DNA of 64,000 nucleotides from a virus: IMG/VR virus record IMGVR_UViG_3300010885_044958, positions 70,237 to 134,236 of that record; one strand, 5' to 3'. Shown piece by piece: positions 1 to 8,549 of this stretch (position 1 is its first letter; each line of letters starts with the position of its first letter). The notes under the pieces were generated by a model. It saw only the letters and a program-made list of their open reading frames with translations, ran no database searches and was not told where the DNA came from. The position numbers and the translations under genes were made by a program.

Positions 1-81
1 GTGCAACCAGAATATTTCCAGTTCACTTTATATATATTTGCGACTTTCATATACTATTTAGTTTTTCTCTTATTTGTTAAT

Positions 82-369
82 TTATAATTTCATTAAACAC
101 CAAAATTTTATAGATTCAATGATTTCAGGCCATTTATCTAATTCAATCTTAGTTATGGATTCTAATGCGTTTTCTTTTTTAAATTCTTCATGTATTTCAT
201 ATTTAGTCATACCTGTGTGAGCTGCAAACTCTTCAATTACCATAAAATACTGCTTTCTCCATTCAACTAATGTTTTGCATTTTTCTGGAAAAATTTGCAT
301 TAAATAAAAACCATCTTGGCTTGCAATTTCATCTACTATTTTTCCAGACTTGACTTGTATCCGAAACAT
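82..369 (-). CDS. NinB-like small protein (putative)
   Basis: 95-aa ORF; the pattern 'KQYF..IEEFAAHTG.TKYEIHEEFK' resembles phage NinB/HNHc-like proteins. Confidence 0.45.
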   Translation of the reverse strand: MFRIQVKSGKIVDEIASQDGFYLMQIFPEKCKTLVEWRKQYFMVIEEFAAHTGMTKYEIHEEFKKENALESITKIELDKWPEIIESIKFWCLMKL

Positions 370-395
370 ATCTATTTCTTATTTATATTTATTAC

Positions 396-432
396 AAAAA
401 GACCTAATAGACTAATTAATGTAACTATTAGG
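396..432 (-). terminator. intrinsic terminator
   Basis: CCTAATAG/CTATTAGG inverted repeat followed by a T-run on the minus strand. Confidence 0.55.
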
Positions 433-717
433 ATTGTACTATAAATCATTGCTTCTATGACTTCCATATATTTGCGTTTTAATTTTCATTTTTATGCGCA
501 TCCACTATTAGATATACTATTATTGCTATTACTACTAACCAGATCATATTTTAAGTCTTTTTATATATTTGAAGGTAATGCACTAACATTTGCATAAGGG
601 CCTCAATTGGGATGATGATCAGCCAACTTCTTATATCACTCATTTGCAAATTCCAAAATTTAAAAATCGCAAGGCAATAAATTAGCAGCACTATTACTAA
701 AATTATTATTGTTTTCA

Positions 718-981
718 TTATTTATTATTTTGCGAAGGCAGGTTTTTATATCTATCCATTGGTTCTCTATATGGACCTTCTCTGTTAATAGTTTGCCCTA
801 TAACTTGCATACTATTTGTTCTATCTTCAAATTTTCTTAATATATGATCTCTATCTCTTTCTAATTTCTCTATTCTTTGTTCTAGACCTCTGATATAATC
901 AATTATAGTATAAGAATTATTTCTAGACTCATGTGCATGATGCAGAGATTGTGCTAATCTTTCTCTTTGTATATCTTCCAT
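718..981 (-). CDS. hypothetical protein (coiled-coil)
   Basis: 87-aa ORF tightly packed in the minus-strand operon. Confidence 0.65.
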   Translation of the reverse strand: MEDIQRERLAQSLHHAHESRNNSYTIIDYIRGLEQRIEKLERDRDHILRKFEDRTNSMQVIGQTINREGPYREPMDRYKNLPSQNNK

Positions 982-983
982 AT

Positions 984-1175
984 CTATTTCAATTTAGTTT
1001 GTGTTCTATTGCTTATCTGAAGATTTTGTATATCTTTTTGCATTTTTTCTATTTTTTGATCTTGTTGATCTATGTGATCTAATAATTGCATTAAAGGATA
1101 GCCCAATTCATCTAGATTTTTAAATCTGTCATATTTAATGACAGCAAAAAACTCCTCTTTTAATTTTTTATCCAT
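984..1175 (-). CDS. hypothetical protein
   Basis: 63-aa ORF 2 nt from its neighbour, with an A-rich start region. Confidence 0.6.
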   Translation of the reverse strand: MDKKLKEEFFAVIKYDRFKNLDELGYPLMQLLDHIDQQDQKIEKMQKDIQNLQISNRTQTKLK

Positions 1176-1354
1176 TTAAAATCTTTTTTAATAGTTTTCT
1201 AACTTCTTTATCTAAGTTAGCATATTTTATTACATATACTAGTTTTTCTTTTATTTTATTGGTCATTTTGAGTCTTTTTTAAATTTATCAGAAAATGCAA
1301 CCTATGCAAAAAACCATATAAAAATTATTCCTAATACTATAATACCAAATATTT

Positions 1355-1837
1355 TCATGATTCTTTGTCTGATTTAATTCGGCTAATAAGCCAGCCATTT
1401 TTATAAGATTCTTTAGGATGTTCGTGAATATACTTATGATGAAAATCACAGCATGACATAAAATGCTTGTATAAATTACCAGATTGGCGACCTTTTTTAT
1501 GGTGTAACTGTATCTCTTTAGATGTGCATCCAGGAAATTCACATACAGGGTGTTCTAAAAAATATTTGTCTCGGCATTTTTGGTACATCTTTTGCCTAAC
1601 AATCATTTTTTCAGATCTTTTGGATATTGCTTTTTGAGTCTTTTTTAAAGGTGTCTTTTTAATAGGCTTTACAGGGGCTGTTTTTGCTTTGGGTTTATTG
1701 CAGTCTTTATTAGACTGTTTGTTAGTTATCTTAAATGATTCTGGATTGGCTTTTTTATGACATTCTAAACAATTGCCGCCTTTCCATAATTTTTTTTCTA
1801 TTCCGCAAGATTTGCATTTTTTAAGTTTCAAATTCAT
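1355..1837 (-). CDS. Zn-binding HNH-like nuclease
   Basis: N-terminal CxxC..CxxC and C-terminal CEFPGC...LHH...CCDFHH..IH; start moved to the second ATG, which coincides with the predicted +1 of a TAATTTTG box. Confidence 0.65.
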   Translation of the reverse strand: MNLKLKKCKSCGIEKKLWKGGNCLECHKKANPESFKITNKQSNKDCNKPKAKTAPVKPIKKTPLKKTQKAISKRSEKMIVRQKMYQKCRDKYFLEHPVCEFPGCTSKEIQLHHKKGRQSGNLYKHFMSCCDFHHKYIHEHPKESYKNGWLISRIKSDKES

Positions 1838-1889
1838 CATGCAAAATTAATCTATTTTTTAGACTAAAATGCATTTTTGTTTTTATAAA

Positions 1890-2045
1890 TTATTGTCCTG
1901 TGATATAAATAGCGAAGAACACCGCAGTTTTATTAGATTGTCTCCATTCTTTTATAGCTTCTATTTCGTCTGTTGCTTCTAGAGAAAAGCCTTTGCTCCA
2001 AAAATCATCAACATGATCTTTAAATACAATATGATATTTATTCAT
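1890..2045 (-). CDS. small hypothetical protein (51 aa, not in ORF track)
   Basis: MNKYHIVFKDHVDDFWSKGFSLEATDEIEAIKEWRQSNKTAVFFAIYITGQ; start overlaps the end of the GIY-YIG gene. Confidence 0.55.
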   Translation of the reverse strand: MNKYHIVFKDHVDDFWSKGFSLEATDEIEAIKEWRQSNKTAVFFAIYITGQ

Positions 2046-2841
2046 TTTTATTTAATTTTTGTTCATAATATTGTAAATCGGTTTTATTTCTATTTGGATG
2101 TTGCAACCAACTATATAATACTTTTACTTTTATATCTATACTATTTGCAGCATCTATTATTTTATCAAAAATCTCTCCTGTTTTTATATTAATTATCTTT
2201 CTACAATGCATTGGTGTGTATTGTTTATTTACAATATCACTCCAATTAAATTCTGAATTTTCTAAATATTTATCATAAAAAACATAATTTGATTTATTTG
2301 GCATTACACCACGCAACCATTCATCTAATCTCCATTTTTCAATATTGATTGCATCAGCAGCTTCTGTAATTGTATCATATATAATTTTAGTATTTATATC
2401 AATAACTTTTCTACCTGAATTTTTTATTCTTAATATTTTTCTTTTTTGTTGTTCTTCATCTAAAACATGCTTACTACCTGTTCTTTTATTATGCATTCTT
2501 ATTTTTGTTTCATCAGAATGACGCCCTTTTTTATTAGGATCTGTGATTTCAATATTATAACCAAATTCTCTATCATTTAATTTTAATATTCTAACCCAGT
2601 AATCTTCCCAAAAATTCAATTCTTCTTTTGAACACTCTTGGAGTATTTCAATTATAAAATTTTCTTCTTTAAAAATATTCCAAGCAGCTTGTAAATGTGG
2701 ATTATCATGTTTATTTCTACGTAATTTTGACAAATGTTGACTCTGTCTATTCCGAATATTTTGTGAATACCCTACATATCTTTTTTGATTTATTACATTT
2801 ATAATTGCATAAATCCCACATTTACTTTCTACACTATTCAT
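2038..2841 (-). CDS. GIY-YIG homing endonuclease with NUMOD3/NUMOD1-like DNA-binding modules
   Basis: CGIYAI...YVGYS...R...H..KL...H.NPHLQAAWN; 'HSDETKIRM' and two 'KVI.I.T...(Y/F)D.I.EAA' repeats. The true start is probably the ATG at 2841; the track's extension runs through an RNA leader. Confidence 0.85.
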   Translation of the reverse strand: MNSVESKCGIYAIINVINQKRYVGYSQNIRNRQSQHLSKLRRNKHDNPHLQAAWNIFKEENFIIEILQECSKEELNFWEDYWVRILKLNDREFGYNIEITDPNKKGRHSDETKIRMHNKRTGSKHVLDEEQQKRKILRIKNSGRKVIDINTKIIYDTITEAADAINIEKWRLDEWLRGVMPNKSNYVFYDKYLENSEFNWSDIVNKQYTPMHCRKIINIKTGEIFDKIIDAANSIDIKVKVLYSWLQHPNRNKTDLQYYEQKLNKNE

Positions 2842-2846
2842 AAAAT

Positions 2847-2942
2847 ATAAAAACCCTCGAATTAGGTGCAGCCTCTCATTGGGTAATGAAAGTCCTAAAA
2901 CGAGGGAATAATTAGATATTAGTAATCCCAAAGAGAAGCTGC
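2847..2942 (-). promoter_or_regulatory. structured 5' leader/attenuator of the GIY-YIG gene
   Basis: CCCTCG...CGAGGG+T-run hairpin; its loop contains the complement (14/16) of the leader's first 16 nt. Confidence 0.6.
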
Positions 2943-2946
2943 TAAT

Positions 2947-2978
2947 AAAATATAAGCAATTTTTCTGAGACTACCAAA
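2947..2978 (-). promoter_or_regulatory. Bacteroidota-type promoter (TTTG-N20-TATATTTT)
   Basis: TTTG at 2978-2975, 20-nt spacer, TATATTTT at 2954-2947. Confidence 0.7.
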
Positions 2979-2985
2979 TCTAGTT

Positions 2986-4245
2986 TCATATCTTTATTTT
3001 ATGTTTTTTAAAAAACTTTTTTGTTTCTGCATATATAGATATTAAATCATCTTTTTGATAAGATTTAATTGATTCTACTATTGCATCTTTTTCTGAATCT
3101 TTTATTAATTCTAGTCTTTCTAGAAGCTGTTTGCGATTTGCGACTAAGCTAATTTTCTTTGAGTCATTCTTATAGGAAATCTGTAATCTTGACTTAATAG
3201 CTTCTAATCTTTGTTCAGCTTTCTTAATTTCTACTAATTGCGCCTCGATTTTTTCAAAATTTTCTTCAATATTTGCAACTAACCTTTTTAATTCTTCAAG
3301 ACCTACTACATTTTTCTTAGCTTCTTCAAAATAGTCTTCACAATTTTTCTTAGATGCCTCGGTAAATAATAAATTATGCTCTCTATTTATTAGAATTGCA
3401 GTTCTAGCTTTTATTTCATCTATTAAACCAAATTTTAAAAATGGTCTGCATTTATTTTCTAATTCTGTAATCTTTTTTAGAATATCTAATTTTTCTCGTA
3501 GATCTGCGCCTTCTTTTAAATAATTTATTACTATTTGTTTTGCTTGTTTTTCTGTATGAATTTGACAACTGCTCTCTCCAAAAAATAATTTTTTTAAACG
3601 CGCAGTAAAATCATTTTTAGATTTACCCGATTTTATTTCATATTTTACAGTTAAATATAATTCATTATCTATTATCTTTTTAAACTTTGAATAATATTTT
3701 GAATATACATCTTCTGCAGACATTGCTTCTATTTCTTCAAGAGTCGGCAATTTAACTGGTTCTTTTTCTACTTTAGCTTTTGGCATTGCTTTCTTTTCTG
3801 GCATATTATCTGTTACTAATTCTAAATTTGCACGTCTAAAAACATATCTTGTATTACCAACTTCTGGATTATTTATGGAATACCAATCATCTCCGCCAGA
3901 ATTTCCTAATACAGTAAAATTTCTATTCCAATTGCCAAATAATTCTCGATGTAAAACATCTCTAACTACACTAATATTTTGCAATTCATCTTCGTCATCA
4001 ATAATTCTTACGAGCTGTCCTGGAATTAATGCGCCTCTACTAACTAATTCTAAACAATCTTCTGTAAACCAATGAAATGATAGATCAGGATTGTCTAAAT
4101 ATATTCTATGATTATCAATGCGACTTATTCTAAATTGTGCATCAAAACTTCCTATTCGTGTTAATACATCCCCTCGATTTAATCCAATATTAATAAACGC
4201 TCTTTCATTATCAGGTACCCTTACTACGTCATTTACATTTAACAT
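2986..4245 (-). CDS. hypothetical protein (two N-terminal SH3-like beta repeats, C-terminal coiled coil)
   Basis: 419-aa ORF with repeated '..G..VR(V/I).D......(L)ELV' units followed by a K/E-rich helical region. Confidence 0.75.
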   Translation of the reverse strand: MLNVNDVVRVPDNERAFINIGLNRGDVLTRIGSFDAQFRISRIDNHRIYLDNPDLSFHWFTEDCLELVSRGALIPGQLVRIIDDEDELQNISVVRDVLHRELFGNWNRNFTVLGNSGGDDWYSINNPEVGNTRYVFRRANLELVTDNMPEKKAMPKAKVEKEPVKLPTLEEIEAMSAEDVYSKYYSKFKKIIDNELYLTVKYEIKSGKSKNDFTARLKKLFFGESSCQIHTEKQAKQIVINYLKEGADLREKLDILKKITELENKCRPFLKFGLIDEIKARTAILINREHNLLFTEASKKNCEDYFEEAKKNVVGLEELKRLVANIEENFEKIEAQLVEIKKAEQRLEAIKSRLQISYKNDSKKISLVANRKQLLERLELIKDSEKDAIVESIKSYQKDDLISIYAETKKFFKKHKIKI

Positions 4246-4276
4246 TTGTTTTATATTTTGTGATTTATAAAAAATT

Positions 4277-4477
4277 TTAATTTATTTGTATGCACCCAGA
4301 TCTACATAATTCTACATGGCATCTCCAATAACCACCATTACTATCTGTAAACTTAGATACTTTATTCATTGCGCCATGATTTTTGCAATGCGGCGTTTTC
4401 ATAATTTTTTCAGAATCAGAATGCAAATACACTAATTCAAAATTAGAATTACCATCATCTATTGGTTTTATTTCCAT
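4277..4477 (-). CDS. small Cys/His-containing protein
   Basis: 66 aa; CKNH...WRC...CRSGC. Confidence 0.6.
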   Translation of the reverse strand: MEIKPIDDGNSNFELVYLHSDSEKIMKTPHCKNHGAMNKVSKFTDSNGGYWRCHVELCRSGCIQIN

Positions 4478-4523
4478 ATAAAAAATTTTTAACTATTTTG
4501 CATTTACTCTTTACTTAAGACTT

Positions 4524-4563
4524 AAAAAAAGAGCTACTAGACTAATTAATAATCTAATAGCTC
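4524..4563 (-). terminator. intrinsic terminator
   Basis: GAGCTA.TAGA/TCTA.TAGCTC stem plus T7 on the minus strand. Confidence 0.7.
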
Positions 4564-4806
4564 TCTGTGGAAAGTTCAATCTGCAATTCTTACGGTACAG
4601 ATTACTGGCGACTATTCTAGCTTGCCATAGCTAAAATTATTTTAATAATTCAATATTAACTATTAACTGATATTGCTCTTGGACATATTACTACTCTCAG
4701 TAAGCTATAATTCCTCTTGCCAGTTTGGACCCGTGCTATTATAGTAGTTAAATACTTGTGAATATACATAGAGATTAATCTATATATTATTGAATTATTT
4801 TTGTAG

Positions 4807-4877
4807 TACCTCTGGCAGGTAACGGGCCTGCGCACTCCAAATTAGAAGTTTGGTGCTCTTCACTGAGCTACAGAGGC
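4807..4877 (-). tRNA. tRNA-Arg(UCU), atypical T-loop
   Basis: GCCTCTG/CAGAGGT acceptor, GCTC/GAGC D-stem, CCAAA-CTTCTAA-TTTGG anticodon arm, GCAGG-CCCGTTA-CCTGC T-arm. Confidence 0.85.
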
Positions 4878-4884
4878 TTATATA

Positions 4885-5388
4885 TTAAATTATATTTTTA
4901 TAACTTTTGCCTCTGATAATATCAGAAACAACTGTTCTTTTAATATTAAAAATTTCTGCAATTTCATTTACTAATAAATGTTTACTAGTTTTTAATAATA
5001 ATTTTATTTCTTTAACTTGTTCTTCGGTTAACTTTCTATTTACAGGAATATTGCCATTCTCAAATTTATGGCCTTCTGGTATTTTCATTCGGCCCTTCTT
5101 TAGACAATCTTGCATATTATCTTTAGGTGTTCCTAAAAACAAATGATCTGGATTAACACAAGAAGGATTGTCACAATGATGACATACAAAAATTCCTTTG
5201 GGTATTTCACCTTTATGAAGCATAAAACTTAGTCTGTGCATGTCCATCATTTTTCCTTTTACTTTTATTGAACCATAACCATTACGTTTTGCTCCAGTCC
5301 AATTCCAGCAAGAATCTGTTTTTTCAGTTCTTTCAAATAATTTTTTTGTTAAAAAATCTCTTTCTAATTCTTCCATAATTTGTATCAT
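4885..5388 (-). CDS. HNH homing endonuclease (HNH_3 type) with C-terminal HTH
   Basis: CWNWTG...GYG...HRLSF...VCHHCDNPSCVNPDHLFLGTPKDNMQD; KLTEEQV..IK...IAE.FNI. Confidence 0.92.
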   Translation of the reverse strand: MIQIMEELERDFLTKKLFERTEKTDSCWNWTGAKRNGYGSIKVKGKMMDMHRLSFMLHKGEIPKGIFVCHHCDNPSCVNPDHLFLGTPKDNMQDCLKKGRMKIPEGHKFENGNIPVNRKLTEEQVKEIKLLLKTSKHLLVNEIAEIFNIKRTVVSDIIRGKSYKNII

Positions 5389-5412
5389 AGACTAACTTGA
5401 TAATCTACAATA

Positions 5413-5443
5413 CAAATATACGAAAGTTTTGTGGAACCACAAA
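5413..5443 (-). promoter_or_regulatory. promoter for the HNH gene
   Basis: TTTG-N19-TATATTTG, overlapping a TTTTGTGG/CCACAAAA hairpin just downstream of the tmRNA. Confidence 0.6.
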
Positions 5444-5456
5444 ATGTAGTTCGTAG

Positions 5457-5904
5457 TGGACCCGGTGTCATCGCAGACACGTCTACGCAATCATCTGCTC
5501 ACAGAATTTTTACATGTTTTAGCATAATTTTCTTTCTATGCAAATATTCTATTTTTTAATATTTTCAGATTTCCTTAGTATTCAATCACCGAAGTGATAC
5601 TCTATAGTCGGCAAATAATCCAATATTGGTATACTCTAGAAAAAATACCAAACAATTCAATTTAGTTGTCTTAGAACTGTTTTAATAACCAGACGCTGAT
5701 GTTGTGAATTATGCACAAACAGCTTCAACATTGGAAGAGCAAAGGCTGTTCAAGAACAGATCAATATTGCCTTCAGAACCTACTGTTACGTTAGACGTAT
5801 TAGTGTTTACATTTATTGTTTATATAGCTTATTTGATGGAAGCCAATACTACTCCATACATGCCTGCTCACCTATAAATCCCGCATCAATTCTAAAACGG
5901 GCCC
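5457..5904 (-). ncRNA. ssrA: tmRNA
   Basis: 5' GGGCCCG pairs with 3' CGGGTCC-A, giving the G3.U70 Ala determinant; 3' GTGTC/GACAC T-arm; internal ATAAAT-GTA resume context and an open tag frame at 5810-5709 ending ...EAVCA*. Confidence 0.88.
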
Positions 5905-5968
5905 AATTTAAAGATAGACACAAATCCGTTAAGATTCATGCCTATCTAGATTTTTTTGTAATATGTTT

Positions 5969-6292
5969 TTAATTATTTTCTGGTATTACTAAATCTGGTA
6001 ATTCTAATGCGTGATTTTGACGGTCCAACATGTTCTCTAAGCCATGCCAGATGTGATTGATTATTGATTGCCCAGTCGATTTTTTAATTTTTTCTGGCGC
6101 ATTCTTTTGCAATAATAATCTTCTTTCTTCAGACCTAAGCTTTATATCTTCTTTAGATCTTATTCCTTCAGTATATATATTTATTATACCTGATTCTCTA
6201 CAAGATCTTTTTCTTTCTAAATCTGTTGTAGAAATAGTGTGTATTGCGCCATGAATTTTTTTGGCTCCGTTAAATACTAGTTTTGCTGACAT
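5969..6292 (-). CDS. hypothetical protein
   Basis: 107 aa, preceded by AAAAACTCAAAAAC-ATG. Confidence 0.7.
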   Translation of the reverse strand: MSAKLVFNGAKKIHGAIHTISTTDLERKRSCRESGIINIYTEGIRSKEDIKLRSEERRLLLQKNAPEKIKKSTGQSIINHIWHGLENMLDRQNHALELPDLVIPENN

Positions 6293-6320
6293 GTTTTTGA
6301 GTTTTTAAATTGTTATAAAT

Positions 6321-6512
6321 CTACTTTTTATTTAAAGATTTTCTCCATTCAGAAAATGCATTCTTTTCTGCATCTTTTTCTTGTTTGCCTCGGTAAAAAT
6401 TTGGATCTTTTACTAATGGGTAATCAATTGGACTTGTGGAAATTCCCACAAATGATGGATGCTTACTCCAGTGTTGATAACTTGATTCTACTTGTTTTCT
6501 TTCTACTGACAT
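6321..6512 (-). CDS. hypothetical protein
   Basis: 63-aa ORF in the operon. Confidence 0.6.
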   Translation of the reverse strand: MSVERKQVESSYQHWSKHPSFVGISTSPIDYPLVKDPNFYRGKQEKDAEKNAFSEWRKSLNKK

Positions 6513-6521
6513 TTGTTTAAT

Positions 6522-7019
6522 TTAAGACCATTTAATCTTTGCACAATATTTATTTTTCCAAGCTTTAAATCCTTCTATTATAGGATTAGGTGTTTTTGGT
6601 TTTGATTCTTCATATAATTTATATGCATTTTTCTTTGCAAAATATTTTATTATTTCTGCAATACCAAATCCTATAGCAATAATAGCAACAAAACATAATA
6701 AAAAGAATAACATTGTTCCAAATCCTATTAAATACCAATAATGAGATATTGGTTGTTTTTTATCCCACCACATTGTATAGCAAACTATAGAGATAAAAAC
6801 ATGTATAAATCCCCATCCTGCTGGTACACCATCATCTGGATTTTTTCTGTCTAAACAAAAATTTAATACATGTGCGGGCCATCCTGGAATTGCTAAAATA
6901 CAAGCAAATACTAAAGACCAGAAAAATCCACAAATATTTCCAGGAAGACTATATGTATGGTAAGTACTGCGCCAAAGCCATGCATACCAACTATTTTCTT
7001 TAAATTCTAATTCTTTCAT
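6522..7019 (-). CDS. membrane protein
   Basis: about three hydrophobic segments; 'SW..WL...Y...P.N.C.FFW' N-terminus and 'KAWKNKYC.KI.W' C-terminus, typical of a phage membrane family. Confidence 0.75.
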   Translation of the reverse strand: MKELEFKENSWYAWLWRSTYHTYSLPGNICGFFWSLVFACILAIPGWPAHVLNFCLDRKNPDDGVPAGWGFIHVFISIVCYTMWWDKKQPISHYWYLIGFGTMLFFLLCFVAIIAIGFGIAEIIKYFAKKNAYKLYEESKPKTPNPIIEGFKAWKNKYCAKIKWS

Positions 7020-7031
7020 AAGTTTTTTTAT

Positions 7032-7313
7032 TTAATTTATTCCGTAAATGCTCAAAATCTTGCGTTCATTCTCAAAAAAATCTCTGGTTGAGGCGCATTT
7101 AAGCAAAACACTTTGTAAAGATACTAATCTTTTTTTAGAATTGGTAATTAATTCTTTTATTTCTTTTATCTTATTTAGATCTTCTACTAGAGCATTTGAG
7201 ACATACTCTAATAGTTCCAGATCCTCGCAGCTATCACCTAAGGAATAGATGTAACCGTCTAATATGTCACTAGCTGCATTTGCAATTTTATGAATTTTTT
7301 TAGGATTTTGCAT
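7032..7313 (-). CDS. hypothetical protein
   Basis: start reassigned to MQNPKK (7313), because the upstream ATG lies inside a structured RNA element. Confidence 0.6.
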   Translation of the reverse strand: MQNPKKIHKIANAASDILDGYIYSLGDSCEDLELLEYVSNALVEDLNKIKEIKELITNSKKRLVSLQSVLLKCASTRDFFENERKILSIYGIN

Positions 7314-7325
7314 TTTAATTTTTTT

Positions 7326-7412
7326 AAAAAATCTGGGGCGCATTTTATTACTAAAACACTATTCAATAATCGAGGAACTCAAAAAACCTTACTATTAAAC
7401 TTATACCCCAGA
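7326..7412 (-). ncRNA. candidate sRNA A (three-way junction; loop UUUUUUGAGUU)
   Basis: outer stem TCTGGGGT/GCCCCAGA+T6; inner stem TTTAATAGT..AGG/CCT..ATTATTGAA; second hairpin with a GUAA tetraloop; G.U pairs form only on the minus strand. Confidence 0.6.
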
Positions 7413-7422
7413 CTTAAATTAT

Positions 7423-7608
7423 TTAATAAGCATATTTTGAATTTTTGCGCTCTTCATAATCCGAATCTTGCCAGTCAAGCTCACCTTCATCTTCAAAATC
7501 ATCATCTTCATCTTCTACTATAATTACAGGTCTTTTAGACTTAGGTATAAATTCTGAATCATCACTAATTGAGTGTTTGTTGGTCTTCTTGTTAGTTTGC
7601 GTTTTCAT
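7423..7608 (-). CDS. small acidic protein
   Basis: 61 aa with the tract EDEDDDFEDEGELDWQDSDYEE. Confidence 0.6.
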   Translation of the reverse strand: MKTQTNKKTNKHSISDDSEFIPKSKRPVIIVEDEDDDFEDEGELDWQDSDYEERKNSKYAY

Positions 7609-7618
7609 TTTTTAAGTT

Positions 7619-7801
7619 TTAATGAATGTGATCAAAAAATAATTGTTCTAGTTTTATTAAATTTTCAAGCTCAAAAATTGATTTCTTTTTCAAATGCATT
7701 TTGTCTATAAAAAAATATTTTTTCTCGTGCAATCTATAAAACTTCACAGCTTTATACAAGACTTTTATTAAATCTTCTAATGAATCTATTTTAGTCTTCA
7801 T
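7619..7801 (-). CDS. hypothetical protein
   Basis: 60-aa ORF in the operon. Confidence 0.55.
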   Translation of the reverse strand: MKTKIDSLEDLIKVLYKAVKFYRLHEKKYFFIDKMHLKKKSIFELENLIKLEQLFFDHIH

Positions 7802-7972
7802 TCAGCCTCGTGATTTTCAAATGTCTTTTTAATAATATGCCTCTTCTTGTTTGCCTTATGATTTTTGTGTAGACTATGATCCTTCTTAGGTTTAGATATT
7901 ATACCTAAAAATACATTTATAGCGATATTAAGTGCTCGTTGATGTTTTTGCTTGAGTTTCTTCATAAGTTTT

Positions 7973-8548
7973 TTAGTTTTTTAGTTTTTTCCGAATTTTA
8001 TAAATAGAATTTTCTATTGTTTTGGTGCTGCATTTGTATTTTTTTGCTAATTCTCTGGCATTATAACCTTGCGCAAACATTAAAATTTTTTTATACTCCG
8101 CTCTAGTCAATTTGTTTTTAACTGCTAACAATTCTTCAGCACATTCTAATTGTAAATCTATTCCGGCTTCTTGTTCAGGACTAACCCAATCATAGAAATT
8201 TTGATAAGACACATCTCCAATTACATCAGCTTGCCGTAAAGTTCTAGGTTTATCTGACATTTTACCAGATATCATCCATTTATTTAGATTTTTTAGTCTA
8301 TTTAAAAAAACAGTATTGATTATTTTTTGCATCCACAAATTTAATTCCCCGTATGTAGTGCCTTGAAATTGCAAAATTTTTTCACGCAAACGCATAAATG
8401 AATCATTAATAACTTCTTCGACTAATTGTTTATCTAAACACTTTTTTAGAAGCATTTTCTGATATAAAGCATAAGTTTTCTCATAGAAATTATCAATTAT
8501 ACCATTTTTTATATCTTCTACTGCATCTATTTTATCTTGTTCTGTCAT
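7973..8548 (-). CDS. ECF-type sigma-70 family factor (regions 2 and 4)
   Basis: 'EEVINDSFMRL.EKI.QF.G...LNLW..KI..TVFLN.LK' (region 2) and 'L...EYK...M.AQGY...ELA......TKTIENSIYKIRKKLK' (region 4). Confidence 0.8.
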   Translation of the reverse strand: MTEQDKIDAVEDIKNGIIDNFYEKTYALYQKMLLKKCLDKQLVEEVINDSFMRLREKILQFQGTTYGELNLWMQKIINTVFLNRLKNLNKWMISGKMSDKPRTLRQADVIGDVSYQNFYDWVSPEQEAGIDLQLECAEELLAVKNKLTRAEYKKILMFAQGYNARELAKKYKCSTKTIENSIYKIRKKLKN

Positions 8549-8549
8549 T

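Noticed and set aside
2842-2931. N-terminal extension of the GIY-YIG ORF given in the track
   Set aside because: It runs through a structured leader/terminator; the ATG at 2841 sits right before the GIY motif
4780-4806. Theta (HDV-like) ribozyme in tRNA 3' trailers
   Set aside because: The trailers of tRNA-Arg, tmRNA and tRNA-Gln lack a recognisable nested double pseudoknot starting at the tRNA end
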